Source of the DNA: Hydrurus foetidus
Taxonomy: Eukaryota
DNA: 55,182 nucleotides
Direction: 5' to 3'
Assembly: GCA_900617105.1 (NCBI GenBank)
Contig: UYFQ01000193.1
Coordinates: 1 to 55,182, forward strand
The position numbers were made by a program, and so were the translations under genes. Below the pieces are notes generated by a model. It was not told where the DNA came from, did no database searches, and saw only the letters and a program-made list of their open reading frames with translations. Positions 12,863 through 23,556 of the stretch are shown here, piece by piece (the stretch's first letter is position 1; every line of letters starts with the position of its first letter).

Positions 12863-13044
12863 AACCGCAGCTCTGAACCAGAATCAGAACGGTCAACGGT
12901 CAAAATCGGTCTGCTTTTTGTGGCAGAACATCTGCAAATTTTCTTACGCAACCCCCCGCCGAATCACAGATGATGGATGATGGTTTACACCAGTTGCATA
13001 ATAGAGTTTGCGAAGTCTTGCGTCGAGCTTGACCTTAGCTCACG

Positions 13045-15795
13045 ATGGATGATTACCCTCTGAATCGTCACGGACAGGCTCTATTCATTGCCGGCATTGT
13101 CACAGCGGCAATCTTGCGCACTATGAAGAAAGCTGCAGAAAAAGTGGTGACAATAGCAGCGAAGAAAATCAGAGTAGCCTCAGTACTGCCCTCTGCGACT
13201 GAAATACTCTGTTCTATCGGGGGAGATCACCTGCTGGTTGGTAGAAGCCATGAAGATAACTTTCCATCTTCAATCACACATTTGCCCATGCTCACGGACC
13301 AGCTGATATCTAGAGAATGGACGAGTGCGTCGGCAGTCAACGCAGAAGTTTCCTGCGCACTAGCGAGTGGAAAATCGCTTTACTTCTTGAATGCGAAGCT
13401 GCTGGCTGAACTGAAGCCGGATCTTATACTCACCCAGGATCTATGCTCTGTATGTGCGATTGATCTCGCAGAAGTTCGATTGATAGCTTCTCAAATGGAC
13501 CCACAGCCCGTCGTTTTATCGCTCGACCCACAGACTCTTGAAGATGTACTAGCTGACATGATTATCGTGGGTGAAGCAGTGGGTATGCAGAAGGAAGCAG
13601 CAGCGGCAAAGAGTATTTTTGATAACAGGGTGAGGACTGTCGTGTCAGCTGCTGATGAAGTCTTGAAGGAATGGGAGGGCCTCGTTGCCTCGCCAGGCAA
13701 AGGGAGAATCAAGGTGGCATTTATTGAGTGGTCTGATCCTATATACGTTGGAGGCCACTGGACTCCGCAGTTGATATACATGGCAGGAGGTGAACACACT
13801 TTAAACCCTTGCGGCGAAGGAGGACCAAATAGTTACGTACAAATAGGAGGGGCGGGCAAAAGCTATCCTGTCACAACCGACAGCGTCATAGCATCTGATC
13901 CAGATCTGATAATCATTTCGCCTTGTGGCCTAAATCTAGAGATGTCACGCAGGGAAGCCGATCGCTTAATGAGCCAGCAATGGTTTCAGGACTTGAGGGC
14001 AGTCAAAAACAAGAGGCTGTTGGTAGTTGATGGAGACGCCATGTTCAACAGACCTGGTCCTCGACTAGTCGATGCATTGGAATGGCTCGTGTCTGTGCTA
14101 CACGATGCGGGTGATGGCAAGCACAGTAAATCAGTCACCCACGCGATGTCTCTTCAGCCCCAGGACTTCCCCTTCTTCGACTACTTCGAGAAAGTGTCGG
14201 CTGTTGATTTGGAGATTGTCGTAGCGGAGATCAAGACAAGTGAGGATCTCGCACTGGTAGCAATCGAAGAGGCTCACACTGGTGAGTTAATTCAATGAAA
14301 CTCAATTATGTGTTGTCTTGTTTCGTTTAGTTTCGTTCCGTTCCGTTGTTGGACGATCAGTAACGCATGGGTGACACGCGACATCATCTCTTTACATTTC
14401 CTCTTTTCACTTCGTACTCAAGCGATCATTATCAGTTTCTTTGTTTTTCCTCCACCGTCATTAAATTGCCCGTCTTATCCATCTCACATCCCACTTGTGT
14501 AACTATCCACCTGTCGATCCACACACCCAATCAGCTGCTTGCTTGAAAGGCAGCAACACATATGCAGATCCAGCCACTGGATACACAGTATTCACAGAAT
14601 TTGGACACAAGAAACGCGGGAAATGCTGCGGAAACAGGTAATTCCGGAACTTACCATGCATGACCGTGTGCTTGCAGTGCAGCGAATAGCATTGCGGCAT
14701 CACCTCTGGGCTTCCGTGTAGAAAGTACAAGTGAAGTCATCGGTGGTCGAGAAGAAGCAAGATTTAAAGTCTGAGACTGCAAGATATCTAGTCATTGTAG
14801 CACTGTATCGTGAACGGCTTCTCATCCTCCCTGTTCTGTTTCGTCATCGCAGATGTCGTCACTGCCCCTTCGGACACTACAATGTAAAGGAAGAAGACCG
14901 CAACCCCGCTGCAGTACTAAGAATAACTAAACCTACGTTGTTGCGTGCAGTCGGCACGAAGAGGGTGAAGAGAGGCACAAAAAAGCCCCTCAAGGAAACC
15001 GTCCTGACAACCACTGACCGCGCGCAGGGGAGGGGAGAGAAGGGAGAAATAGTCGTGGATGTGTTGTTCTGGTCGGGCGGCAAAGACTCTTACCTTTCCC
15101 TTCTGCTACTGGAGCAGCAGCACTTGGCGAGCAAGAGCAACGATTTCTCCTTCATAGAAGAAGAGGGCAATAGTGAGGTGAAGAGCGAGAGGCTCGTGGT
15201 GCTGTTGACCACTTTCGAAGGATCCAGCCCCACGGGGGAGATAACGCATCAAGGGCTGCAGTGCCGGGATATCATGGACCAGGCGAAGGCCCTTGGACTT
15301 GACCTGCTGCTGGTTCCTCTGCCTAACAAGGATGGTAAAGGGGTAAGCAATGTCAGCTACAAAGATACTGTCTTAGCGGCTCTCGAAATTCTGAAGATGG
15401 AGCTTGTCAGCAGCACTCTGCGCGACAAAGCCGCGTCGGATATCAAGCTGCGTCTGGCGTTCGGAGACCTGCACTTGAAGGACATCAGGGACTGGAGGGA
15501 GAGCACATTTGGGGGGGAGGGAGAGGGCGGACTGCAGTGCTACTTCCCTGCCTTCGAAGTGGACTATGCAGAGCTGATGGGCATTCTGTGGGCAGCTATC
15601 GGGTCGGAGGTGCGCGACATCACCATCAGCGCTTGGACTGGTCTGTACAATGACGAGAGCACCGCAACGTTGGTGTCCAAGGGCGCGATCTATGACGAGA
15701 AGTTTGTCGCTTCTTTGCCTCCTTCAATCGACAAGATGGGTGAAAAAGGAGAATTTCACACGCACGTGAAATACGTAACTCGGTCAAAGAAATGA
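13045..15795 (+). CDS. Three-exon gene (13045-14281, 14535-14637, 14853-15795; 760 aa): BtuF-like (cobalamin/Fe-siderophore class) substrate-binding domain + DUF5522-like Cys-rich domain + Dph6-like PP-loop ATPase, copy 1
   Basis: GT-AG introns keep the frame (2283 nt). Motifs: SVLPSATEIL, KPDLILTQDLCSVCA, GHWTP, NRPGPRL; YADPATGYTVFTE...RGKCCGNRCRHCPFGH; WSGGKDS, FGDLHLKDIRDWRE, GEKGEFHT. Confidence 0.85.
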
Positions 15796-16007
15796 AGTAT
15801 CTCTTTTCACTATCGAAGCGATGGGTCGGGTATGATTCAAAGAACACTCATGAGATACAAAGGAGAGGAGAGGAACAGGTCCATTCGCATCCGATCTTGC
15901 GAGCTATGTTTGATGTGTGCCACGCCCTTTGCAATACACGTGACGTGACGATATACGATACACGGTATACCTTGTTCACATGTACGATATACTTCAGTCA
16001 ATGTACT

Positions 16008-16204
16008 GGGTGCGACCGTAAATTAAAAAAACCCAGAAACCCAGATTTGGGTATAGAATTTTGAAAAATCTGGAACGATTTAGAAATCCTACTTCTGGGA
16101 TCCCAGAAGATTTAGAAAGGGGTCTCCAGATTTCTTGTCTAAATCCCAGAAATCCCAGATCCTAAATCTGGGTTTCTGGGTTTTTTGAATTTACGGTCGC
16201 ACCC
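16008..16204. mobile_element. 197-bp MITE with ~41-bp terminal inverted repeats (TIRs; GGGTGCGACCGTAAATT...) and 3-bp TSD ACT; PIF/Harbinger-like by inference
   Basis: The TIRs differ at one position. The paralogous empty site ATGTACTGAATCC is at ~36211-36223. Confidence 0.88.
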
Positions 16205-17750
16205 ACTGAATCCTATACCTATATGTTGGACATAATACACACGTACAGTACGTACATAGTACGCGTTGGGCCGGACTGTGGGTCCAATTCGGACCCAACT
16301 TCTAATTTCAAATGGGAGCATAATAAACAAGAACTTTTTATATGGAATGAAAACTTTTTACTGGAAGTCAGCACTATTTATGTTGGAGGCACGACTTTAC
16401 AGTGGATGTTCCCTCAAATCAAGGATTCGAAACTTCTTTGGCCGCACGAAGGCATACTCCTTGGGCCTCCTGTAGGCTTGCTAGCCACTGACTTGATCGG
16501 AGAAGTAGTCTAACTATTTAAGTCTCATCTTCCAGCATTTTATGTGCCCGATTCCATAATATAGTACTTGATCCACAGATTAAGTTTTACTTCCATGATA
16601 TAGTTTTCGATACATATATTAAGTTCTACTTCCATAATTAAGTCTTTCATGCAAATATAAAGTCTTCGTTGGTCGAATTTAATCCCCACTTCCTTAGTAG
16701 TTTTGCTTCCAGAATTTATGTGCTGATTTGTAGAAAAAAGTTCTGATATCCATAAAAAAGTTCTATCTCCAGGAAAAAGTGGTGGCTTACATATTTGTCC
16801 GATTTCAAATCACCATTATCAAGCCTGAAGTAACCCTGATGTAACCCTAAAGCGGAACAGACTGGGTGAAGGTAAACGGTAAACGGTTGAGAGCTGACAA
16901 CTTTTCGGTCCTCGTCCACAGTGTACAGTGTGCAGCGTACAGCAACGTAGTGGGTAAAGTAGTGTGTAGTTGCACAATCGAAGGTCGAAAGCATCACGCC
17001 GTTTAACTAAGGATCAGTTTCCACTGAATGGACAACTATATCCTTCCTGGGTACGCGCTCCTTCTGCAGGTTCAACACGTGCGCTAGCAACTTTCCCGGG
17101 CTCAAGGCGAAAGCTCTGCTGGTGTGAGTATTAAGGTAATTAACGATGCAACATCGCTTACATCGTTCATGGAGACAGGCGAAAAGATCGCGCTGTCCCG
17201 CACAGTCAAACATGGTGCACTTTCATCATTTTGATGTTCCTGGGTTAAAGGAACCTGGACCGGTGGAGTAGCGACCACCACACAGCACACGACGTACGAA
17301 ACGTCATCAAATGTACATACGTAATAACTTATACGGTTACTTAGCTCATTAGTTATTCCGACACACCCCTATGGCGTGAGTCGTCGGGTTGGTGTACGCG
17401 AATGAAAACGCAATAGAATTCAAAAATGCTCCGTTTACTTGAAGCTTCACAAATGGTGTATCATAACATGATTTTATATTGTAGGGAAGTAGGGTAATGG
17501 TGGGGTTGACCTTAATTGTGACGTTAGATAATTTATTGCATGCAGGGTAATATTAGTATCATAAGGTCTGACTGATCCGAATGAGCATAGAGTTAAACAA
17601 TTCTAAAAAGACTTTATGTAACACGCAAAAGATTACACTTAAAATAATTTTCTGACTTGTTATACTATCTGATTCCGGAATCGGGTCTTGGGTCTGGGTC
17701 CACGGTCCTCGCTCTTTATGTCTCTGTCAGGGTTTTCTTGAGTCGCACTT

Positions 17751-17965
17751 GATGGGGTAGAAGAAAATGATGGAGGGGGGCAGCAGGAATGATGGAGTCT
17801 TGGTGTCTTGAGTGGTCAGTCTTCGTCATGACGCGCGCTGATGGGGTAGTAGAGTCGGATGTGGGGGCAGTAGGAATGACGGAGTCTTGGGGTCTTGAGT
17901 GTTCAGTCTTCAGCTGAAGCGGACAGCGGCGTTGTAGAAGGGTAAGATGGAGGGGGGTAGCATGT
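17751..17965. repeat. Degenerate ~90-bp tandem repeat in the Copia B 3' UTR
   Basis: GATGGGGTAG...GGAATGAYGGAGTCTTGGKGTCTTGAGTGKTCAGTCTTC occurs twice, plus a partial third unit. Confidence 0.65.
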
Positions 17966-17990
17966 CGGATGGATTCTTCGTCGGTAGGTA

Positions 17991-20900
17991 TTAGTTCTTC
18001 TTGGACGTAGGGTATGGAAATCGTGGGTTGAATTTGGTGCGTACGGGTGTCGGCGCGGAGTCCGTACGGTCCTCAGTCTTGCATCCATCTGCGTACGTGA
18101 GGGTAGGTGGTGAAGTGTTGAGCAGCTCCTTCCTGAGCTTCTTGAACAATTCACCCTGTAGTGGCTTGGTTAGAATGTCTGCAATCATGTCAGTAGTAGG
18201 TAGGTACACAATGTCTACATCGCCTGTACTGATTCTGTCATGCAGGAAAAAATACCGTATATCAACGTGCCGCGTACGTTCGCTGTTCGAGCGACCGTTA
18301 CGTATGAGCTGTATCGTAGACTGATTGTCTTGATACACTAAGGCGGGAGGTTGAGGGTGTCCCTGGCACTCCAGGAAGTTCCTGGTCCACAGAACTTGGT
18401 TGGCAGCGTCGCTGAGTGCGACTAGCTCGGCCTCCGTGCTGGACTTTGTCATAAGGCGCTGAGTACCGCTCTTGGCGTAGATCGCTCCCTTCCCAAGGGT
18501 GATTACGCTGCCTGTGTGACTTTTCATATCGGGATGTATGGCAAAGGATGCATCGATATATGCAATAACATGAATAGGTTCATATACTTCAAATGTTATA
18601 CCCGTATGCTGACTACCCCGTATGTACTGTATCGTACGGGTCAGCTTGTCGTAGTCGTCCCTTTGGGGCCTCAGCACTCTCTTTGTCAGGAACGCTACGG
18701 CAGTCAGAATGTCTGGCCTCGTCCTCTTACTCAGGTAGAGTAGCTTCGCTGTAATAGAGTGAAAACGCTCACGCAGATTATCAGGTAAGGGTGAGTCAGA
18801 TTCATCAGGTATAGTGAATAGATTGGCTCGTGCAGGTGTATTTGCCGTGCCCGGCATATCCTTACACCCCTCAATGAGGTCTTGCACGAAGCCCTCCATA
18901 GTCATCTTAACGCAGCCTTCCTTGCTGAAGTCGAAAGTCATGCCTATGTAATTTAAAACTTTCCCTCTATGTTTCGTCAGACCGGGATATATAGTTTCAA
19001 TTTGTTTTATAACATCATCAACGCGAGATTCATTTGAAGCAGTGATTATCATATCATCAACATGAATTACGAGTGATGTTTGTGTGTTATCCGATTCAGT
19101 TCGGTTGAATACGCATATGTCATATTCGTTAGCAGTATAATTGAATTTGATCAAATCACTGGATAGCTTATCATACCATAGTTTAGCAGATTCAACGCAT
19201 CCATATAAAGCTTTCTTGAGTTTAACAATACATGTTCCATTGTTGCTAGCAGTAGGTGAGGCGCCATTGTTATAAACATCTCTATCTTGTAAGTGCCCAC
19301 CGGCTACTAGTCTAGATTTCAGTTTTTCAAACATACCATCAGCAGTATACTTTTCTTTCAAGAACATGCTACTAGGTATAATGGTGCGTTTTTGTTGTGG
19401 GGTGAGGGATTCGTAAGTTACACCTTCCCAAACATTCTTATCACACATTTGTTTCAATTCAGATGTAATGGAATCAACAGCTATCACCCCTAACTTATTA
19501 ATTCCCTCATTAACAGTCATTTTGTACAGGTGAGTGTGGTTGTAGAACAGATTACCAACATATTTCTTATCCCATTTACCAAGTTGGTGATTTCTACCAC
19601 TTCTACGTAACACGGGTGAGTTTACAACGGGTGGGTCATATGCGGTTTCAATTATGGTGGCAGGTGGTGTGAATACTTCAGTGTGTACAGTTACATCAGC
19701 AAAGTCATCTTCATCATCACTTATGCCAAATATGTCATCTATCAGTGCTTGATCATATTTAGGTTGGGGTACATGTGTGTCATCATGTGTGTCATCATAA
19801 TATAGTTCGTCATTGTCGTATGTAGTGTCACTCACATATAGTGTGTCATCTACATACTCATCTAATGTGGGTGGGTGATTTTCATCAGACATATCGAGTT
19901 GTGATTCAAGATGTGTTTCGTTATCATTGTGATCGTTATCTTCAATAATCTCATCGGTGTAATCTGCGTTAGCATTTTCATCGACAGTTTCATATTCAAC
20001 ATCACCAATGTAAGCACTATCATCTTCAACATCGTCATCATCATCGAATACAATGTGACTACTATTCTCAAATACAGGCTGTTTAACATTGGCAGTTTTT
20101 CTCTTTGAAGCTAGTACATTCAAGTGTAATATCACTTCATCAGGCATAGGTAGTACAGTCGCTTTAGTACGTTTAACAATACGTTCGTTAGCTAACAGCA
20201 TGTAGTACCATGAACCTTCTAGATTACCGGAGCTCATAAGTGCTATGGCCCCGGCTGTTCTTGGTTTGGTAGAGTTATCAATGACATCATTATGCACTTG
20301 GACATAATCACCAAAACCATGTTTAATCTCCTTATCTACGTCTAACTTTCTTCCAGTTAATTTCTCTCGTGGACTGATGTGATTAAGTGAGTTACGTGTG
20401 GGTGCTAATACAATTCTACTGACTGCATACTTAACTAACCACACTTCTAATTTCTCATTCAATGAGAACGGTAGAGAATTGACTACTGATCTTACTCTCT
20501 CCTTTATGTGTCGTATCTTACGCTCGACTACGGCTACGGCTTCTCCGGCTCCGGTAACGTCTAGTACTATACCTCTTAAGCCGACTTTGTTGTGAAACCA
20601 TTCTGTATTGATTGCACCCTCGCCGTCTACTCGGATCATCTTAACTCTGAATCTGTACTTTACCATGCTTGCTAATGAAGTCTTTAGGCTGTTCCATATG
20701 CTCTTGTGCTCTCGGTTAGCTAACTTGCTAACGTATAGGAACTCGATGGGCTGCACTACTGATACTAGATATGGTACTTGGTTGACAAACATTATATCTA
20801 CATACATAATCTGTTCTGTCTTGTACTCAATACCTATCAGTGGTAGCTTCTCTTCTAACTTGGCCTGGTGACTGGTGGTCTTCCCCTTAAGGGATCCCAC

Positions 20901-21719
20901 GTCCGGTCCCCATATATCAATGGCTCTATGTACGTCTCGCGCAGTCACTTTGCTATTAGTCAAATTCCCTTGGGATATCAACTTAATAGTCTGTGCTGCG
21001 CTAGCGTATCCTAATCTACGCTGATAGTCTCTAGCTAACGACGCGTCTCTGACTTCTCTTACTGTATACTTCTTCTTATTCTGCTCTACTGTCGTAACTA
21101 ACATTGGCATGCATTCTGTTACCATAGTGTCAAGATTACATTGGTATATATTCATAGCCTCATCTCGTGAGAATCTATAAAAATATTTTCCGCTGACGTC
21201 TTGCACTATGTAACAATCATAGTCATGTAAGTACTTAACATCAGTACAGTCACGTACAGCATTACCAAAAGACAATATATTACCAGCACAGTCAGGGCTA
21301 TAATACACGTTGCCGAACGCCGACACCCCACGTTTCTTGATTATCAGCGGTTTTCCTTTCGGATTCACCCCGCTAACAATCATAGGTGTGGGTGCGTGTT
21401 CGACATTATACAGCAGGGATGAGTCGTTGAAAACCGACTCACCAGCACATGTGTCAAGCAGAATGTGTCTACTTCTAATCATGTTATATATATTGCATGT
21501 ATTGGCACTAAAAACAATATGATCACATGTTTCAATTCCGCTAGTGGAATCAGCCAAACATGGAGGATCGGTGTGTATGGGTGTGTGTGTAAATGTAAGT
21601 GCGGGTGTATGTACAGGTGTAGGTATGGGTGAGTGTACGGGTGAGGAATAATGTATCTTACTTAGTTTACCGATTTTCCACTGGGTGCTGATGCACCCGC
21701 TTGGCTTTCCACTGTACAC
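17991..21719 (-). CDS. pol: Copia B Pol (protease-integrase-RT-RNaseH) with an in-frame deletion in RT
   Basis: LLDTCAG, YVDIMF, RVDGEG, VERKI, KSRLVAGG, KALYGCVES, HVDD, YIDASF, SSTEAE. Confidence 0.92.
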   Translation of the reverse strand: MYSGKPSGCISTQWKIGKLSKIHYSSPVHSPIPTPVHTPALTFTHTPIHTDPPCLADSTSGIETCDHIVFSANTCNIYNMIRSRHILLDTCAGESVFNDSSLLYNVEHAPTPMIVSGVNPKGKPLIIKKRGVSAFGNVYYSPDCAGNILSFGNAVRDCTDVKYLHDYDCYIVQDVSGKYFYRFSRDEAMNIYQCNLDTMVTECMPMLVTTVEQNKKKYTVREVRDASLARDYQRRLGYASAAQTIKLISQGNLTNSKVTARDVHRAIDIWGPDVGSLKGKTTSHQAKLEEKLPLIGIEYKTEQIMYVDIMFVNQVPYLVSVVQPIEFLYVSKLANREHKSIWNSLKTSLASMVKYRFRVKMIRVDGEGAINTEWFHNKVGLRGIVLDVTGAGEAVAVVERKIRHIKERVRSVVNSLPFSLNEKLEVWLVKYAVSRIVLAPTRNSLNHISPREKLTGRKLDVDKEIKHGFGDYVQVHNDVIDNSTKPRTAGAIALMSSGNLEGSWYYMLLANERIVKRTKATVLPMPDEVILHLNVLASKRKTANVKQPVFENSSHIVFDDDDDVEDDSAYIGDVEYETVDENANADYTDEIIEDNDHNDNETHLESQLDMSDENHPPTLDEYVDDTLYVSDTTYDNDELYYDDTHDDTHVPQPKYDQALIDDIFGISDDEDDFADVTVHTEVFTPPATIIETAYDPPVVNSPVLRRSGRNHQLGKWDKKYVGNLFYNHTHLYKMTVNEGINKLGVIAVDSITSELKQMCDKNVWEGVTYESLTPQQKRTIIPSSMFLKEKYTADGMFEKLKSRLVAGGHLQDRDVYNNGASPTASNNGTCIVKLKKALYGCVESAKLWYDKLSSDLIKFNYTANEYDICVFNRTESDNTQTSLVIHVDDMIITASNESRVDDVIKQIETIYPGLTKHRGKVLNYIGMTFDFSKEGCVKMTMEGFVQDLIEGCKDMPGTANTPARANLFTIPDESDSPLPDNLRERFHSITAKLLYLSKRTRPDILTAVAFLTKRVLRPQRDDYDKLTRTIQYIRGSQHTGITFEVYEPIHVIAYIDASFAIHPDMKSHTGSVITLGKGAIYAKSGTQRLMTKSSTEAELVALSDAANQVLWTRNFLECQGHPQPPALVYQDNQSTIQLIRNGRSNSERTRHVDIRYFFLHDRISTGDVDIVYLPTTDMIADILTKPLQGELFKKLRKELLNTSPPTLTYADGCKTEDRTDSAPTPVRTKFNPRFPYPTSKKN

Positions 21720-22756
21720 TCGTATGAGTAGTGCCCAAGTTCACAGCATTTATTACAGTTGCCGGGACAGGTGCCGTACGACGTACGCCCACCCTTCCCT
21801 CTGCCCCCGTTCCTGTTAGCTTTCCCTTTATCTGTCCCAGCTGGTTTCTCACCGCCAGCCGTTTTCGTAGCGAAAACATTGGTCTGGTTGGGTGGTGTTG
21901 CTGCTGCTGACTTCTTCGGGATGACCTTGGCCATCTTGAGGTACGCGTCCTCGGGAGTATTTGGCCAGTCTTTTAGCCTGTGCTCGTAGTATTCCACGTA
22001 GTGGCGGTACCCGGAGTTCAGTCCGTTCATAAATTTCATCCCTGTCAGAATTTCGTTGTGTGCGGTCATGGCCTCGTTAAATTCGGGCATGACCCCTAGT
22101 GCCCGCATTGTATCCTCGTATCCGGATTTTAGGGCTTTAAACCGTTGGTAGTAGTACTTAAGTACGTCGTTTGGCTCCATTTTGACCGTTTCATATGCCA
22201 TTCGAACTCTAGCAGATTCTGATCCGCTCCCAGCCTCGGATCGGAAAGGTGAGTCAAAATAATTGCTCTCAGAAGTAGCAACGGGTCCTCCGCAGTCATA
22301 GCTGCTAGCCCTGTTTCAGCTTCTCGAATTGTCGCTTTCGACGCTTCGCTAATCTGACCTAGCATTAGTCCGAAGACTTGCTTTCGGTCTTCTCTCAGAG
22401 TCAGGACAAGCTTGTCGAATAGCTCCAGTGCTCGCTTCCATTTTGTTGCTACCATAAATCCAGCGTCGGCTGCTATGTCAACTGGAGCGACATATTGCGG
22501 GTAATCACCCGGTATGCCCTCATTGCCGAATATCTCGCAGATATCGGACTTATAGTTCGCTCGCGTATACTCGCGGAACTTTCTCATCCATGTGCTTACG
22601 CTACCATGGTTCATCTCTCTTCCAAGATCCAGGAATGCGCCGATCGCGGCTACCGTTCCTGTTCTTGGTGGAGGCTTCCCTCCCCTCTGCCACCGTTGTA
22701 GGGGTGGCTCGACCGCCTGCGGTATTGTGTTCTCGGCCTCTGTCTCTGCCTTTCAT
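21662..22756 (-). pseudogene. gag: Copia B Gag, frameshifted
   Basis: ORFs 22129-22614 and 21662-22201; zinc knuckle CNKCCELGHYSYEC; ATG at 22756 just inside the 5' LTR boundary. Confidence 0.8.
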
Positions 22757-23556
22757 GTTGCAACTGGTTGCAACGAAAGCAACTCGTTAATTATGTCGTA
22801 ACTAAGGATCAGTTTCCACTGAATGGACAACTATATCCTTCCTGGGTACGCGCTCCTTCTGCAGGTTCAACACGTGCGCTAGCAACTTTCCCGGGCTCAA
22901 GGCGAAAGCTCTGCTGGTGTGAGTATTAAGGTAATTAACGATGCAACATCGCTTACATCGTTCATGGAGACAGGCGAAAAGATCGCGCTGTCCCGCACAG
23001 TCAAACATGGTGCACTTTCATCATTTTGATGTTCCTGGGTTAAAGGAACCTGGACCGGTGGAGTAGCGACCACCACACAGCACACGACGTACGAAACGTC
23101 ATCAAATGTACATACGTAATAACTTATACGGTTACTTAGCTCATTAGTCATTCCGACAGGTATGACTTGTTGGAGTTTCGTTCTGTGGTGAACTGCTCTT
23201 TGTAGTATGTAGTACCGTTCTGTCATTGGTGTGTGTGTGTGTGATGTACTATACGGTTGTATGGTGCGTTACAGTTCGGCATGAAAAGTGTTTCATGCGC
23301 GTTACACCACTCGTTCATTGATGTTCTGTTTTCTTCCTTCTAGAGTAGTGTAGATAGGTGGCGCTGTAAGCTTCGTGGCTGGCAAACAGGGATGTCAGTC
23401 ACAAGTTAAATTATCGACTGATTGGAAAACAACACCTCTTCCATTTCACGGGATTTGCGTAGTTCTCGTACTAGACACTTCGTACGTGAAGCTGTTCACG
23501 GCGCGGTTGCGGAATACGGAATTCGCAACATAATTTATTCACTTGAGGCAGCCGAG

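Larger units (their letters stand above)
17004..23158 (-). mobile_element. Ty1/Copia LTR retrotransposon B
   Basis: 5' LTR 22794-23158 (TGTCG...CGACA). 3' LTR 17004-17363 lacks its outer 5 bp. PPT ATAGGGGTG on the minus strand. No matching TSD. Confidence 0.94.

Noticed and set aside
13045..14298. Bacterial contamination or a stand-alone btuF gene
   Set aside because: The ORF runs into a GT-AG intron conserved in both paralogs and is flanked by eukaryotic TEs with intact TSDs.
16240..17003. Unassigned spacer with minus-strand ORF 16716-16997 and a GTAAGC donor-like site
   Set aside because: No recognisable motif, terminal repeats or consistent exon chain.
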